The notes under the pieces: generated by a model
Databases searched by the model: none
The model's input: the letters and a program-made list of their open reading frames with translations, nothing else
What the model was told of the DNA's origin: nothing
From: Candidatus Saccharimonas aalborgensis
GTDB lineage: Bacteria; Patescibacteriota; Saccharimonadia; Saccharimonadales; Saccharimonadaceae
Direction of reading: 5' to 3'
Assembly (NCBI RefSeq): GCF_000392435.1
Contig: NC_021219.1
Coordinates: 690,001 to 722,000 of the forward strand
DNA length: 32,000 bases
Program-made: the position numbers and the translations under genes
Shown: in pieces, positions 21,046-30,102 of the stretch
Numbering within the stretch: position 1 is the stretch's first letter
How the letters are laid out: each line of letters begins with the position of its first letter

Positions 21046-21086
21046 GTGTATCATAAGGATAAGAAGTATAAAAGGGAAGGTTAGTG

Positions 21087-21404
21087 ATGAATAGAGATGA
21101 GCTACTTGCGCTACGCGAACAAATAGTCGATACAACGAGACAACTAGCTTTAGACGGTAATGCGTCTGCTGAGGATAAAATAGATATACTTATCGGACTA
21201 ATCCATTCAGGCGATAGTTCACCAGAATTATTCCATCGAGCATACGAGACCGCATCGTCACTAGAGTCTGATGACAAGAAGATGGATGCGATGCTCGATC
21301 TGCTTTATGAAGTCGATGCACGTATTTCAGCTAGTGACACCGAAAATGCTTCTCAAGGTCAAACCGCCGAAGCGGCCGAATCGGGCGATCAACCTTCTGC
21401 ATAA
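21087..21404 (+). CDS. Small acidic helical hypothetical protein
   Basis: MNRDELLALREQIVDTTRQLALDGNASAEDKIDILIGLIHSGD...; GGGAAGG upstream. Confidence 0.7.
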   Translation: MNRDELLALREQIVDTTRQLALDGNASAEDKIDILIGLIHSGDSSPELFHRAYETASSLESDDKKMDAMLDLLYEVDARISASDTENASQGQTAEAAESGDQPSA

Positions 21405-21443
21405 CAAGTGTGCTATACTGATTTTTAAGGAGTAATTGGCAAT

Positions 21444-21893
21444 ATGTTTCAATTGGATGATAAGTTTTTGCAAGATGTGGGTCTCGGGAGCCTCCCCGAG
21501 GATCAGAAAAAGGCTTTTCTTGATCACTTTCGTGAACAGCTTGAACTTCGCGTTGGAACGAGGCTGAGTGAGGGTCTGAGCGACGCTCAGCTAGCAGAGT
21601 TTGAATCATTTATTGATCGCGACGAAGCAAGGGTGAATGAGTGGATCGCTGGTCATGTACCCAACTATCAGGAAGATGCCGTCTTCAAACAATTACAAGC
21701 TGGCGCGCCTGCAAATATCCCCCCACTTGTTGTGCTTGCAGAGTATGCCTCACTTCGTTGGCTGGGGTTGAATCGGCCAGACTATAAGCAGGTCGTCGCC
21801 TCAACAATGGAAGAGCTCAAAGCTGAGATTATCGCTAATCGCGATGCAATCCTCGGTATTGATCAACCTGGATCGCAGCAGATTGCGGCCTAG
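21444..21893 (+). CDS. DUF5663-like hypothetical protein
   Basis: FLQDVGLGSLPEDQKKAFLDHFREQLELRVGTRLSEGLSDAQLAEFESFID; AAGGAG upstream of ATG. Confidence 0.85.
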   Translation: MFQLDDKFLQDVGLGSLPEDQKKAFLDHFREQLELRVGTRLSEGLSDAQLAEFESFIDRDEARVNEWIAGHVPNYQEDAVFKQLQAGAPANIPPLVVLAEYASLRWLGLNRPDYKQVVASTMEELKAEIIANRDAILGIDQPGSQQIAA

Positions 21894-22774
21894 CGCAAGT
21901 AGCCATTGATAAAACCCTTAGCATCCATGGTACGTCCGGTTGGAGCGATGAGTTCGTCTATCGAGAGGTAAGCACCGTTTTTGCATTGAATGTCGAGTGG
22001 AGTTCTTTTGCTCATCACGGCGTGTGCTTTTGTGACAATAATCTGGTGACCGGCGATCGTCATTCGTGTGCGCGGGAACCCAAGATGTGCACGAATGCGC
22101 GCTTCTGCATCACCAGGAGTTATTTTTTTGGGGTCGAGCAACGATTCCTTTTTCGATAAAAGAGGACAATATGTTGCCTCACTCTCGTTCTGTGGAGTGG
22201 GTTGTAATGAGCCATCAACTATCGACGGAAGAGTGTGTGCTAGTAGATTTGCGCCCATGAGTCCGAGTGTGTTGTATAGTTCAGGTTTTGACTCCGTTTG
22301 GTCCAGAGCGTAGGGAGCCTGTGTGTATATAGGGCCGGCGTCCATCTTGGCAACAAGCTTCATGATGCTAACGCCGGTATGGCTATCGCGATGCTCGATG
22401 GCGGCCTCGATAGGGGAAGGTCCTCGGTATTTTGGTAATAATGAGGGGTGAATATTGATAATGCCCGGAGAAAAAAGATCAAGGATTGATTGCGGGATAA
22501 TTTTTCCGTAACTGGCAAGCACTCCAACAGGTGATGAAAGTGAGCCAATATACTGAGTTATATCGCTGAGGTTACTCGGTTGCAAAACTAATACACCGTG
22601 TTCCTCGGCGTAGGATTTCACGGCGGGTTGAGTAAGGGCTCTGTCACGTCCACGTTTTGTATCGGGTTTTGTGACAACTGCCACAACAGGGAATCCTGCT
22701 TCAATAAGAGTCTTGAGGCTGTAGAGACTGAAGTCCTCAGTCCCAAAGAACACTACGGGCGACATCTTTTTCAT
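21890..22774 (-). CDS. fmt: Methionyl-tRNA formyltransferase
   Basis: VVFFGTEDFSLYSLKTL, VGVLASYGKIIPQSILDLF, GIINIHPSLLPKYRGPSPIEAAI, TGVSIMKLVAKMDAGPIY. Confidence 0.95.
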   Translation of the reverse strand: MKKMSPVVFFGTEDFSLYSLKTLIEAGFPVVAVVTKPDTKRGRDRALTQPAVKSYAEEHGVLVLQPSNLSDITQYIGSLSSPVGVLASYGKIIPQSILDLFSPGIINIHPSLLPKYRGPSPIEAAIEHRDSHTGVSIMKLVAKMDAGPIYTQAPYALDQTESKPELYNTLGLMGANLLAHTLPSIVDGSLQPTPQNESEATYCPLLSKKESLLDPKKITPGDAEARIRAHLGFPRTRMTIAGHQIIVTKAHAVMSKRTPLDIQCKNGAYLSIDELIAPTGRTMDAKGFINGYLR

Positions 22775-23309
22775 AGTTGAGTGGTTTTAGCTCGCCTTTC
22801 GAGTCGAGTCGATAAAAGGCATCCTTGTTGTCCTTAATATGGTCGACAAATAAGATACCGTTGGTATGATCAATCTCATGTTGGAGAACTCGTGCCAAGA
22901 AGCCTTCGGCTTTGAAGCGGACCTCGTGACCCTCGAGATTGAGTGCTTTGATACGAACTTTTGAATGACGAGGTACTTTGCCATAGTAGCCGTTTACACT
23001 AAGGCAGCCTTCTTCGGCGAGTGTGATTTCTCCTTCGAGCTTGACGATCTCGGGGTTGATAAGCGGTATGAACTCACGCACGCTTTTGTCATCGAAATCA
23101 CTTCGTACGATCACGACACGTTCGAGCTGATCAACCTGAACTGCAGCGAGCGCTGCACTGATCTCGTGGGGACGTGAGTCCTCCCAGTCGAGACTAGCAT
23201 CGGTCATATCGCGGACTAACTTTTTTATATCGTCAGTTACAACATGGATGCGTCGAGATTTTTGGCGCAGGTGAGGATTTGGTAGTGTAATAATGGCATC
23301 TTTTTTCAC
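22737..23309 (-). CDS. def: Peptide deformylase (divergent motif I; GTG start)
   Basis: Motif II EEGCLS, motif III LQHEIDHTNGILF; motif I position reads SAALAAVQ; overlaps start of fmt. Confidence 0.92.
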   Translation of the reverse strand: MKKDAIITLPNPHLRQKSRRIHVVTDDIKKLVRDMTDASLDWEDSRPHEISAALAAVQVDQLERVVIVRSDFDDKSVREFIPLINPEIVKLEGEITLAEEGCLSVNGYYGKVPRHSKVRIKALNLEGHEVRFKAEGFLARVLQHEIDHTNGILFVDHIKDNKDAFYRLDSKGELKPLNYEKDVARSVLWD

Positions 23310-23341
23310 TTATCACAGTATAACAGATGATAGTAAGTATT

Positions 23342-25279
23342 TTACAGTAGCGTGTAGGGGTCAAGATCGACTTGCCAATGCGAGGGCGGCACGATAGAAA
23401 CAATTTCAAGTAGTGTTGAACGTTTTTTTGACTGAACCAATAGTTGCCACCGGTAGGAATTATATTGTCGTTCATAAAACGCGGGAGTTGGTCCGAGGAC
23501 GGCAACGTGTGGAAACGAGTTTTTGACTGTATTGGCTAACTGTTGCGAGTTACGGATGGCCGCTCTCTCAGTTTTGTAGATACAGGTAAGCTTTAATAGA
23601 TAGGTAAACGGTGGGAATCCTCGGCCACGCCGTTCGGAGAGAGTCGTCTGATAAAATTCTTGGTAGTTTTGGGTGATACCCAGCTTGATGGCGGGATGAT
23701 CGGGTTGATAACTTTGCAAAATCACTGATGTCTTATGCGCTGATCGACCAACTCTTCCTATCACCTGACTGATCAACTGAAAGGTCCGCTCGCTCGCTAT
23801 GTAGTCAGGGAGACTGAGCCCGGCATCGGCTTGAATAACTCCTACCGTCCTAAGGTGAGGTAGATCAAGGCCTTTTGCCACTACTTGCGTGCCAATGATA
23901 ATATCGATTTTCCCATCGTAAAGCTCCTGATAGCGCTTTTCGAGGGTTGTGGCAAGTTGGGTGTCACCGTCGAATCTTGCAATAACTTTTTCTGGAAAAA
24001 GTTTTGCAATTTCTGATTCAATTAGCTTTGTGCCAATCCCTTTATGAATAATTTCGGCGCCATGACAACTCGGACATGCAGTAGGCACTCTATTATTTTT
24101 GCCGCACACATGACATTGCAATCGATGCAGATCGGCGTGGAGAGTGAGGGGGGTACCACAGACGGGACAGAGGGCTGACCAGCCGCAGTGTTCACAGAGG
24201 GTGATTGCAGCACTCCCTCTTCGGTTGTGAAAAAGCAAGACTTGATGACCGGCGGCAAGCGTTTCGGTAAGGTTTTGAATGAGAGAGTCTGAGAAGAGAC
24301 GATGGCGACGAAAAAGGGCTTTATTGGTCATATCTACAACTTCTATGTTTGGTTCAAGAGTTTTTTTAACAGCACGCTCTCGCATGGTGAGCACGGGTTG
24401 ATGTGCCATCGATGCGAGGTAATATTCACTTACCAGTGGTGTTGCAGTCCCCTGGATCACGTGTGCCTCGTGAGCACGTGCTAGCACACTTGCAACACGA
24501 AGTGCAGAATAACGGGGAGCTTGATCTTGCTTGTATGATGGCTCGTGAGCTTCGTCGACGATGACAGCGCCTATTGATTTAATAGGGAGGAATAGCGCCG
24601 ATCGCGGTCCGATAACAATGACCGGGCTAAGACTATCCAAGACCTGTTGCCATACACGATGCCGCTCTGCTTCTGTCTGTTGAGAGTGAGAAACAATAAT
24701 AGAGGGGAAATGCTGTTGAAACTCTGCGAGCAGTTGTGAAGTAAGCGCGATTTCTGGGACAAGGACGATAACTGATTTGCCTCTCAATAGGATGTGTTTG
24801 GCGTGCTCAATATAAACTGCAGTTTTTCCGCTGCCAGTAACACCGTGCAAGATTGCCGTACCAACTTCTATTGAGTTCAGAGTATCTACAGCCAGGGACT
24901 GCGTTTCATTGAGTAAAAAATGTGTTCGATCTCGTGAGAAACTAAGGTCGCGGGAAGCTGAGATGCGCCTTTTTTTTGTGATACCCCGAGGCAAGACCAT
25001 TTGTAAGACGGTTGCGAGATGAGTCGCATAGTAGCTACTCATCCAGCATGCGGTATCAATGAGTTGCTTTGGAATCGGTGGCAAGGGTAGTACTGAAGAA
25101 ATTACTTTTGTCTCATAGTTTGGTCGAGAGACATTACGAATAATAATTCCTGTTAAGATTTGCTTGCCGACGCTAACACTCACCAACTGGCCGATAGATA
25201 AGATTTGGTCATGGTGATAGGTAAAGCACGCTTGCTTGGCGCGAATAATGCGCACAGGGGCTACCTCGTAATAGTACAT
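23342..25279 (-). CDS. priA: Primosomal protein N' (PriA helicase)
   Basis: LHGVTGSGKTAVYI, VIVDEAHEPSYKQ, Cys clusters CEHCGWSALCPVCG...CHVCG...CPSCHG, IIIGTQVVAKGLDLPHL. Start chosen at MYYYEV; ORF extends to 25363. Confidence 0.95.
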   Translation of the reverse strand: MYYYEVAPVRIIRAKQACFTYHHDQILSIGQLVSVSVGKQILTGIIIRNVSRPNYETKVISSVLPLPPIPKQLIDTACWMSSYYATHLATVLQMVLPRGITKKRRISASRDLSFSRDRTHFLLNETQSLAVDTLNSIEVGTAILHGVTGSGKTAVYIEHAKHILLRGKSVIVLVPEIALTSQLLAEFQQHFPSIIVSHSQQTEAERHRVWQQVLDSLSPVIVIGPRSALFLPIKSIGAVIVDEAHEPSYKQDQAPRYSALRVASVLARAHEAHVIQGTATPLVSEYYLASMAHQPVLTMRERAVKKTLEPNIEVVDMTNKALFRRHRLFSDSLIQNLTETLAAGHQVLLFHNRRGSAAITLCEHCGWSALCPVCGTPLTLHADLHRLQCHVCGKNNRVPTACPSCHGAEIIHKGIGTKLIESEIAKLFPEKVIARFDGDTQLATTLEKRYQELYDGKIDIIIGTQVVAKGLDLPHLRTVGVIQADAGLSLPDYIASERTFQLISQVIGRVGRSAHKTSVILQSYQPDHPAIKLGITQNYQEFYQTTLSERRGRGFPPFTYLLKLTCIYKTERAAIRNSQQLANTVKNSFPHVAVLGPTPAFYERQYNSYRWQLLVQSKKRSTLLEIVSIVPPSHWQVDLDPYTLL

Positions 25280-25286
25280 GAAGCCT

Positions 25287-25292
25287 ATTATA
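25287..25292 (-). promoter_or_regulatory. -10 box for priA, leaderless spacing
   Basis: Minus-strand TATAAT ending 7 nt before ATG (25279). Confidence 0.65.
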
Positions 25293-25330
25293 CCTTGCCG
25301 TGATATCCGACGAACTGGTATGCTAAGCAT

Positions 25331-25987
25331 ATGTATTTTGAGACACGAGCGCAGGCTGGGCAACTAATCGCCGCTCGGCTAATAGAAAAATATCGCTACG
25401 AAAACTGCGTTGTTCTTGCACTGAGTGATGGTGGGGTATTGGTGGGTGAACAAATAGCATCTCAACTCCACTGTGTTTTGACCATGCTTGTCACAGAGAA
25501 TATTGATGTGCCTGGTGAGTCAACGAGCTTTGGCGCGGTGTCAGAAGGAGGAAACTTTACCTATAATGGGATGTTTTCGCAGGGTGAGATAGATGAATAT
25601 ACAAGTGAATTTCATGGATATCTTGATGAGCAAAAGCGCCTTGCATTCAATCGGATTAACCGGCTCATTGGTGAGGGAGGAATGATCGACGAAGACTTAC
25701 TTCGCAACCGAACTATTATTCTGGTGGCCGATGGATTTGCAGATGGCTCGATCATCAGTGTCGCAATCGATTATCTTAAACCCATACGTGTTCAGCGACT
25801 TGTCATTGCTGCCGCCGTAGCGACGGTTGCCGCTGTTGACGTGCTTCACGTCGCTGCAGACGAGCTCCATATCCTCGATGTGAAGGAGAACTTTTTGGGA
25901 ATAAACCACTACTTTGAGGATAATGAGATACCGTCGCACGAGGAGACGGTAGCAAAAATTAACCAAATCGTTCTCAATTGGCGCTAA
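25331..25987 (+). CDS. Phosphoribosyltransferase-like protein
   Basis: FETRAQAGQLIAARLIEKYRYENCVVLALSDGGVLVGEQIASQL..., RTIILVADGFADGSIISVAIDYLK resembles a PRPP-binding region. Confidence 0.8.
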   Translation: MYFETRAQAGQLIAARLIEKYRYENCVVLALSDGGVLVGEQIASQLHCVLTMLVTENIDVPGESTSFGAVSEGGNFTYNGMFSQGEIDEYTSEFHGYLDEQKRLAFNRINRLIGEGGMIDEDLLRNRTIILVADGFADGSIISVAIDYLKPIRVQRLVIAAAVATVAAVDVLHVAADELHILDVKENFLGINHYFEDNEIPSHEETVAKINQIVLNWR

Positions 25988-26064
25988 AAGGGTTGCAAAG
26001 ACATTCACAGAAATGTAGAATAAAAAGCAACAGTATTTATAGGGAAGTGAGCTGAAAGGGTTCG

Positions 26065-26376
26065 ATGCTAGACGTTTTCATTACATCAAGGGTACGCCGA
26101 AAGATAGTGGTGGTATACGCAAAGTACCCTGATTTCCATACTCACGTCCGCGGGCTTGCAAAGCTGATCAAGGAAGATCCGGGTAATATCCAGCGTGAGC
26201 TGAAACGTCTCGAAAAAGTCGGTTTTTTGACTGGCGAGAAGCAAGGTAATACCAAAATATACTCGACAAATAAACAGTTTCCGATTTTCAAGGAGCTTCA
26301 GAGCATCGTTATAAAGTCACAGCAACAAACGAGTGCTGGTCGACCGAAGCGCACCTCAACTGATATCCAGCCATAA
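26065..26376 (+). CDS. Winged-helix transcriptional regulator (ArsR-like fold)
   Basis: RKIVVVYAKYPDFHTHVRGLAKLIKEDPGNIQRELKRLEKVGFLTGEKQGNTKIYSTN. Confidence 0.8.
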   Translation: MLDVFITSRVRRKIVVVYAKYPDFHTHVRGLAKLIKEDPGNIQRELKRLEKVGFLTGEKQGNTKIYSTNKQFPIFKELQSIVIKSQQQTSAGRPKRTSTDIQP

Positions 26377-28079
26377 TGTCATTATTTGAAGAGATTCTGC
26401 GAGCTCGCGGGTTGCAAGATGCAACGCGCGAGTCTTTTTTGCATCCCGACTATGGGAAGAGACACGACCCGTTTCTGTTGCCGGATATGGCAAAAGCGGT
26501 CGATCGTCTCGTGGCGGCGCGCGAAAAACAGGAGCGTATTACGATCTATGGTGATTATGATATTGATGGTTTGACGGCAACAACTCTCCTCGTCGATGCG
26601 CTAGGTCAGTTTGGTTTTCGGTTTGTGGAGACGTTTATTCCCAATCGTTTTGTTGAGGGTTACGGTATGACGGTCGACGCGGTGGAGCGTATCGCGGCGA
26701 GCGGCGCTCAACTCATACTGACTGTAGACTGCGGCAGTTTGAGCGAAAAAGAAATCGTGCGCGCGAACGAGCTTGGCGTCGATGTTATCGTAACAGATCA
26801 CCATAATGTGGCTTTGACACAGCCTCCAGCTATAGCAGTTGTTAATCCGAAGCGGTTGCTCCAGGATAATCCTCGTCGCTACCACGGTATGATGCTGACA
26901 AGACAAATGAAAACAAAACCACTTTACCCATTTCTCGATCTTCCGGGGGTAGGTGTGGCGTTTAAGCTTATCCAGGCGCTGCAAACACGTCTCGATGGCC
27001 TGCCATATGGTCAGGAAAAGTGGCTTCTTGATCTGGTTGCACTTGGTACGATCTGTGATGTCGTGACGCTCGTTGACGAGAATCGTTTGCACGTATTTTG
27101 GGGACTCAAAGTGCTTGCAAAGACGCGGCGGCCTGGTCTCAAGGCGCTTATGGCAGTAAGTGGGGTTGAGCCAAGTAAGGTAGACGCTCGAAGTCTTGGG
27201 TTTATGCTCGGACCGCGTCTCAATGCTGCTGGTCGTCTGGAAACAGCCCGCCATGCGCAGGAGATGTTACTGGCAACAAATGGTCTCGAGGCGCTTGAAA
27301 AGGCTGAACTACTCGATGCCTTAAATAAACAGCGCAGGGCGGAACAGGATGAAATCCATAAGCTGGCCACTAAACAGGCTGAAACGTACAAGGGTGATCC
27401 GGTGCTTGTAGTCAGTCACCCCGACTGGAACCATGGCATTGTGGGCATTGTCGCGGCGAAATTACTTGAAAAATACAAAAAACCCACCTTCGTCCTGCAG
27501 GAAATGGGCGGTGAGTCAAAAGGTTCTGCGAGAAGTTATGGTGGTTTCTCAGCAGCAGATGCAATTCGTGCAGCGGATCGTTTGATCACAAAAGGCGGAG
27601 GACATAAGCTAGCTGCCGGTGTAACGTTGCCAACAAAAAATATCGAGGCGTTTCGGAAGCATCTCAATGACTATTTTCGCTCTTTGCAGTTACCACCTCA
27701 GCCTCCCTTGTTATTACTGAGTGAGGATGTGGTAACGGCAGACTTCGCGCAACTAAACGAAGGCCTGCTACATGAGATTAGTCAGTTAGAACCGTTTGGC
27801 AATGGTAACCCTGAGCCGATAGTAAAAATTGATGCGGTCCAGGTTGTTTCGATACGTCGCATGGGGAATGACGGCCAGCACCTCAAATTGTCACTACAAG
27901 ATTATCTAGGAGGAGGGCTAGATGTTGTCGCTTTTTCGGCTGATGAGTCATGGTTTGTTGAACCCGGCGAGGTAGTATCGGTGTGGATACAACCACTACT
28001 GAATGAATGGCGAGGTGTAAAACGAGTTGAAGGAAGACTTGTCAGGCTAGAAATGGGAAAAGATAGCGGAGAAGAGTAG
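26376..28079 (+). CDS. recJ: Single-stranded-DNA-specific exonuclease RecJ
   Basis: ITIYGDYDIDGLTATTLL, VTDHHNV, LGPRLNAAGRL, GGGHKLAAGVTL; overlaps previous stop (TAATG). Confidence 0.96.
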   Translation: MSLFEEILRARGLQDATRESFLHPDYGKRHDPFLLPDMAKAVDRLVAAREKQERITIYGDYDIDGLTATTLLVDALGQFGFRFVETFIPNRFVEGYGMTVDAVERIAASGAQLILTVDCGSLSEKEIVRANELGVDVIVTDHHNVALTQPPAIAVVNPKRLLQDNPRRYHGMMLTRQMKTKPLYPFLDLPGVGVAFKLIQALQTRLDGLPYGQEKWLLDLVALGTICDVVTLVDENRLHVFWGLKVLAKTRRPGLKALMAVSGVEPSKVDARSLGFMLGPRLNAAGRLETARHAQEMLLATNGLEALEKAELLDALNKQRRAEQDEIHKLATKQAETYKGDPVLVVSHPDWNHGIVGIVAAKLLEKYKKPTFVLQEMGGESKGSARSYGGFSAADAIRAADRLITKGGGHKLAAGVTLPTKNIEAFRKHLNDYFRSLQLPPQPPLLLLSEDVVTADFAQLNEGLLHEISQLEPFGNGNPEPIVKIDAVQVVSIRRMGNDGQHLKLSLQDYLGGGLDVVAFSADESWFVEPGEVVSVWIQPLLNEWRGVKRVEGRLVRLEMGKDSGEE

Positions 28080-28092
28080 AGAGATCGGATGA

Positions 28093-28743
28093 TTATTGCG
28101 AAGGTCGAGGATCGCGGACCGAAAAACCGTTGAGAGGGTCGGAAATTTCATCGTCTGAGGTGTCATCGGTTGTGTCAAAGGGGACAATGCCGTCGTAATC
28201 TCTTGTATCTGCAGTTCTGCGCCGATCTCTTTGGTAGGCTGCATGTCCGCTACGTATCTCGTCGGCTACCAGCTGTGGGTAACTCAGATCGTCTAACCCA
28301 TGTTCCTCACGGTAGTCTTCCCAAGGATTATTGAATTCATCGGGGTGATCAGCAATATACGCTGCTTCTATAGCCGCCTTACGTTCGGCAGCAAGCTCTG
28401 CCTGCTGCTCGGCTGCCAGCGCAGCGATTTCAGCCAAACGTCTTTCTTCGGCTGCTGCACTTTTTGCAGCTAGTATCTCCTGTATGCTTGGTACTCGAAC
28501 ATAGCGCACACCTGGAGCGAGGGGACGAGGACGGGGGACGGGTCTTTCTTGTTGAGACACCATATCTGTAGCTGGTAGTTTTGGTTCAAACCCCACCTTG
28601 CTGGCATCTGCTTGAGCTAGGCTCTCTGTTTTTATAGGGGCACCGGCAATGCGTGCCATAGCAGCTGCGGTTCTTTTTGGGTCTGCAACTTCTTGAAGGC
28701 GATGAATTGTGCTTGTGTCAAGATGTTCACGAATGCTACTCAT
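28093..28743 (-). CDS. Acidic/Ala-rich hypothetical protein
   Basis: MSSIREHLDTSTIHRLQEVADPKR...; perfect promoter 7 nt before ATG 28743; ORF extension to 28827 lacks support. Confidence 0.75.
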   Translation of the reverse strand: MSSIREHLDTSTIHRLQEVADPKRTAAAMARIAGAPIKTESLAQADASKVGFEPKLPATDMVSQQERPVPRPRPLAPGVRYVRVPSIQEILAAKSAAAEERRLAEIAALAAEQQAELAAERKAAIEAAYIADHPDEFNNPWEDYREEHGLDDLSYPQLVADEIRSGHAAYQRDRRRTADTRDYDGIVPFDTTDDTSDDEISDPLNGFSVRDPRPSQ

Positions 28744-28750
28744 GGTATTA

Positions 28751-28779
28751 ATTATAGCATAAGTATTAAATAAAGTCAA
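28751..28779 (-). promoter_or_regulatory. Leaderless-type promoter
   Basis: Minus-strand TTGACT (28779-28774), 17 nt, TATAAT (28756-28751), 7 nt, ATG. Confidence 0.85.
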
Positions 28780-28851
28780 CCACTGTATCACCAAAAAGAC
28801 GAGCGTTAGATCGTTGCATAGAGACAACTAATCTGTTACAATGTGAGCGAT

Positions 28852-29067
28852 ATGGTACAAGTTACACGTAAAGATGAACGAGAGGCGAACGAAAACATTA
28901 TTCGTCGCTTCAACCGCAAGGTGTTGCAGAGCGGCGTACTCGCTGAAGCAAAAGCAGCCATGCGTTTTAGTAAACCACTCAGCAAGACTGAGCGTCGCGC
29001 AAAGGCGATTATTCGTAAAGAGCGCAAAGCCGATAAGCTAGCAAAGATGCGACTAGGAATCCGCTAG
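28852..29067 (+). CDS. rpsU: Ribosomal protein S21
   Basis: VQVTRKDEREANENIIRRFNRKVLQSGVLAEAKAAMRFSKPLSKTERRAKAIIRKERK. Confidence 0.88.
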   Translation: MVQVTRKDEREANENIIRRFNRKVLQSGVLAEAKAAMRFSKPLSKTERRAKAIIRKERKADKLAKMRLGIR

Positions 29068-29073
29068 CAGCGT

Positions 29074-29529
29074 ATGGCCCTCAAAGACCGCATCGCCGAT
29101 GAAATGAAAGCCGCCTTACTTGGCGGCAATCGTTTTGAGGGCGAGACGCTGCGAAATCTCAGGGCGGCGATCCTCAATGAAGAGGTGGCGCAAAATAAAC
29201 GAGATGTCGGGCTAAGCGATCAAGAAATTGAAAAAGTAATCGTTCGCGAAGTAAAAAAGCGTAACGAGAGTGCTAAGCTTTATCGCGACAATAACCGACC
29301 TGAGCTAGCGGAACCCGAGGAAAACGAAGCGGCAGTGCTTGCGAAGTTTTTGCCGGAACAGATGAGCGAAGCCGATATACGCGCGCTTGTCGAATCAAAA
29401 GTTACCGAGCTTGGTGTGAATGATCCATCTGCCATGGGTCAGGTAATAGGGGCGGTAAAACAAACGGCAGGGAATACTGCCGACGGTGCATTGATTGCAG
29501 CAATTGTCAAAGAGACATTAGCAAAGTAG
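29074..29529 (+). CDS. GatB/YqeY domain protein
   Basis: LKDRIADEMKAALLGGN...LRNLRAAILNEEVAQ...LSDQEIEKVIVREVKKRNESAKLY...FLPEQMSEADIRALV...MGQVIGAVK. Confidence 0.93.
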   Translation: MALKDRIADEMKAALLGGNRFEGETLRNLRAAILNEEVAQNKRDVGLSDQEIEKVIVREVKKRNESAKLYRDNNRPELAEPEENEAAVLAKFLPEQMSEADIRALVESKVTELGVNDPSAMGQVIGAVKQTAGNTADGALIAAIVKETLAK

Positions 29530-29550
29530 AAATACGAAGGGAGATACGGA

Positions 29551-30102
29551 ATGATTCTTTTGTTTGGTCCAACTGGTGCGGGGAAAAGTATGCAAGGTCA
29601 GATGCTTGCCGTCCGTCAGGGATGGAAATGGCTGAGTACCGGTGAAATGCTGCGCGCAAGTGATGATCCAAAAGTAATTGCCGTCTTGAAATCTGGTGAA
29701 CTTGTCAGTGATGAGCTAACCTATGACGTGTTCGATAAGGCTGTTCAGGATGCGAAGGCTAAGCATTTCAAGAATATCATCGTCGATGGCTTCCCACGCA
29801 CTAAAGAGCAGGCTGCGTGGTTAGCAAAGTATCTCGAGAAAAATAATGAGTCCATCGATTTGGTAGTTGTGCTTGAAGTTCCAGAAGCAGAAATTATGAA
29901 ACGTCTTGAATTACGTGGTCGCATGGAAGATACGCCAGAGACAATCGCTAGGCGTATGACAATTTATCGTCAAAAAATGTATCCGGTACTCGGTATCTTT
30001 GCGGAGGAGGGCATCAGGATCCTCCACCTCAACGGCACCGGAACTGCAGGCGAAGTCCATGATCGTATCTACGCCGAGGTAAGTGAGGTATGCCAGAATT
30101 AG
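29551..30102 (+). CDS. adk: Adenylate kinase / nucleoside monophosphate kinase
   Basis: LLFGPTGAGKSMQGQMLAVRQGWKWLSTGEMLR, VDGFPRTKEQAAWL, MKRLELRGRMEDTPETI. Confidence 0.93.
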   Translation: MILLFGPTGAGKSMQGQMLAVRQGWKWLSTGEMLRASDDPKVIAVLKSGELVSDELTYDVFDKAVQDAKAKHFKNIIVDGFPRTKEQAAWLAKYLEKNNESIDLVVVLEVPEAEIMKRLELRGRMEDTPETIARRMTIYRQKMYPVLGIFAEEGIRILHLNGTGTAGEVHDRIYAEVSEVCQN

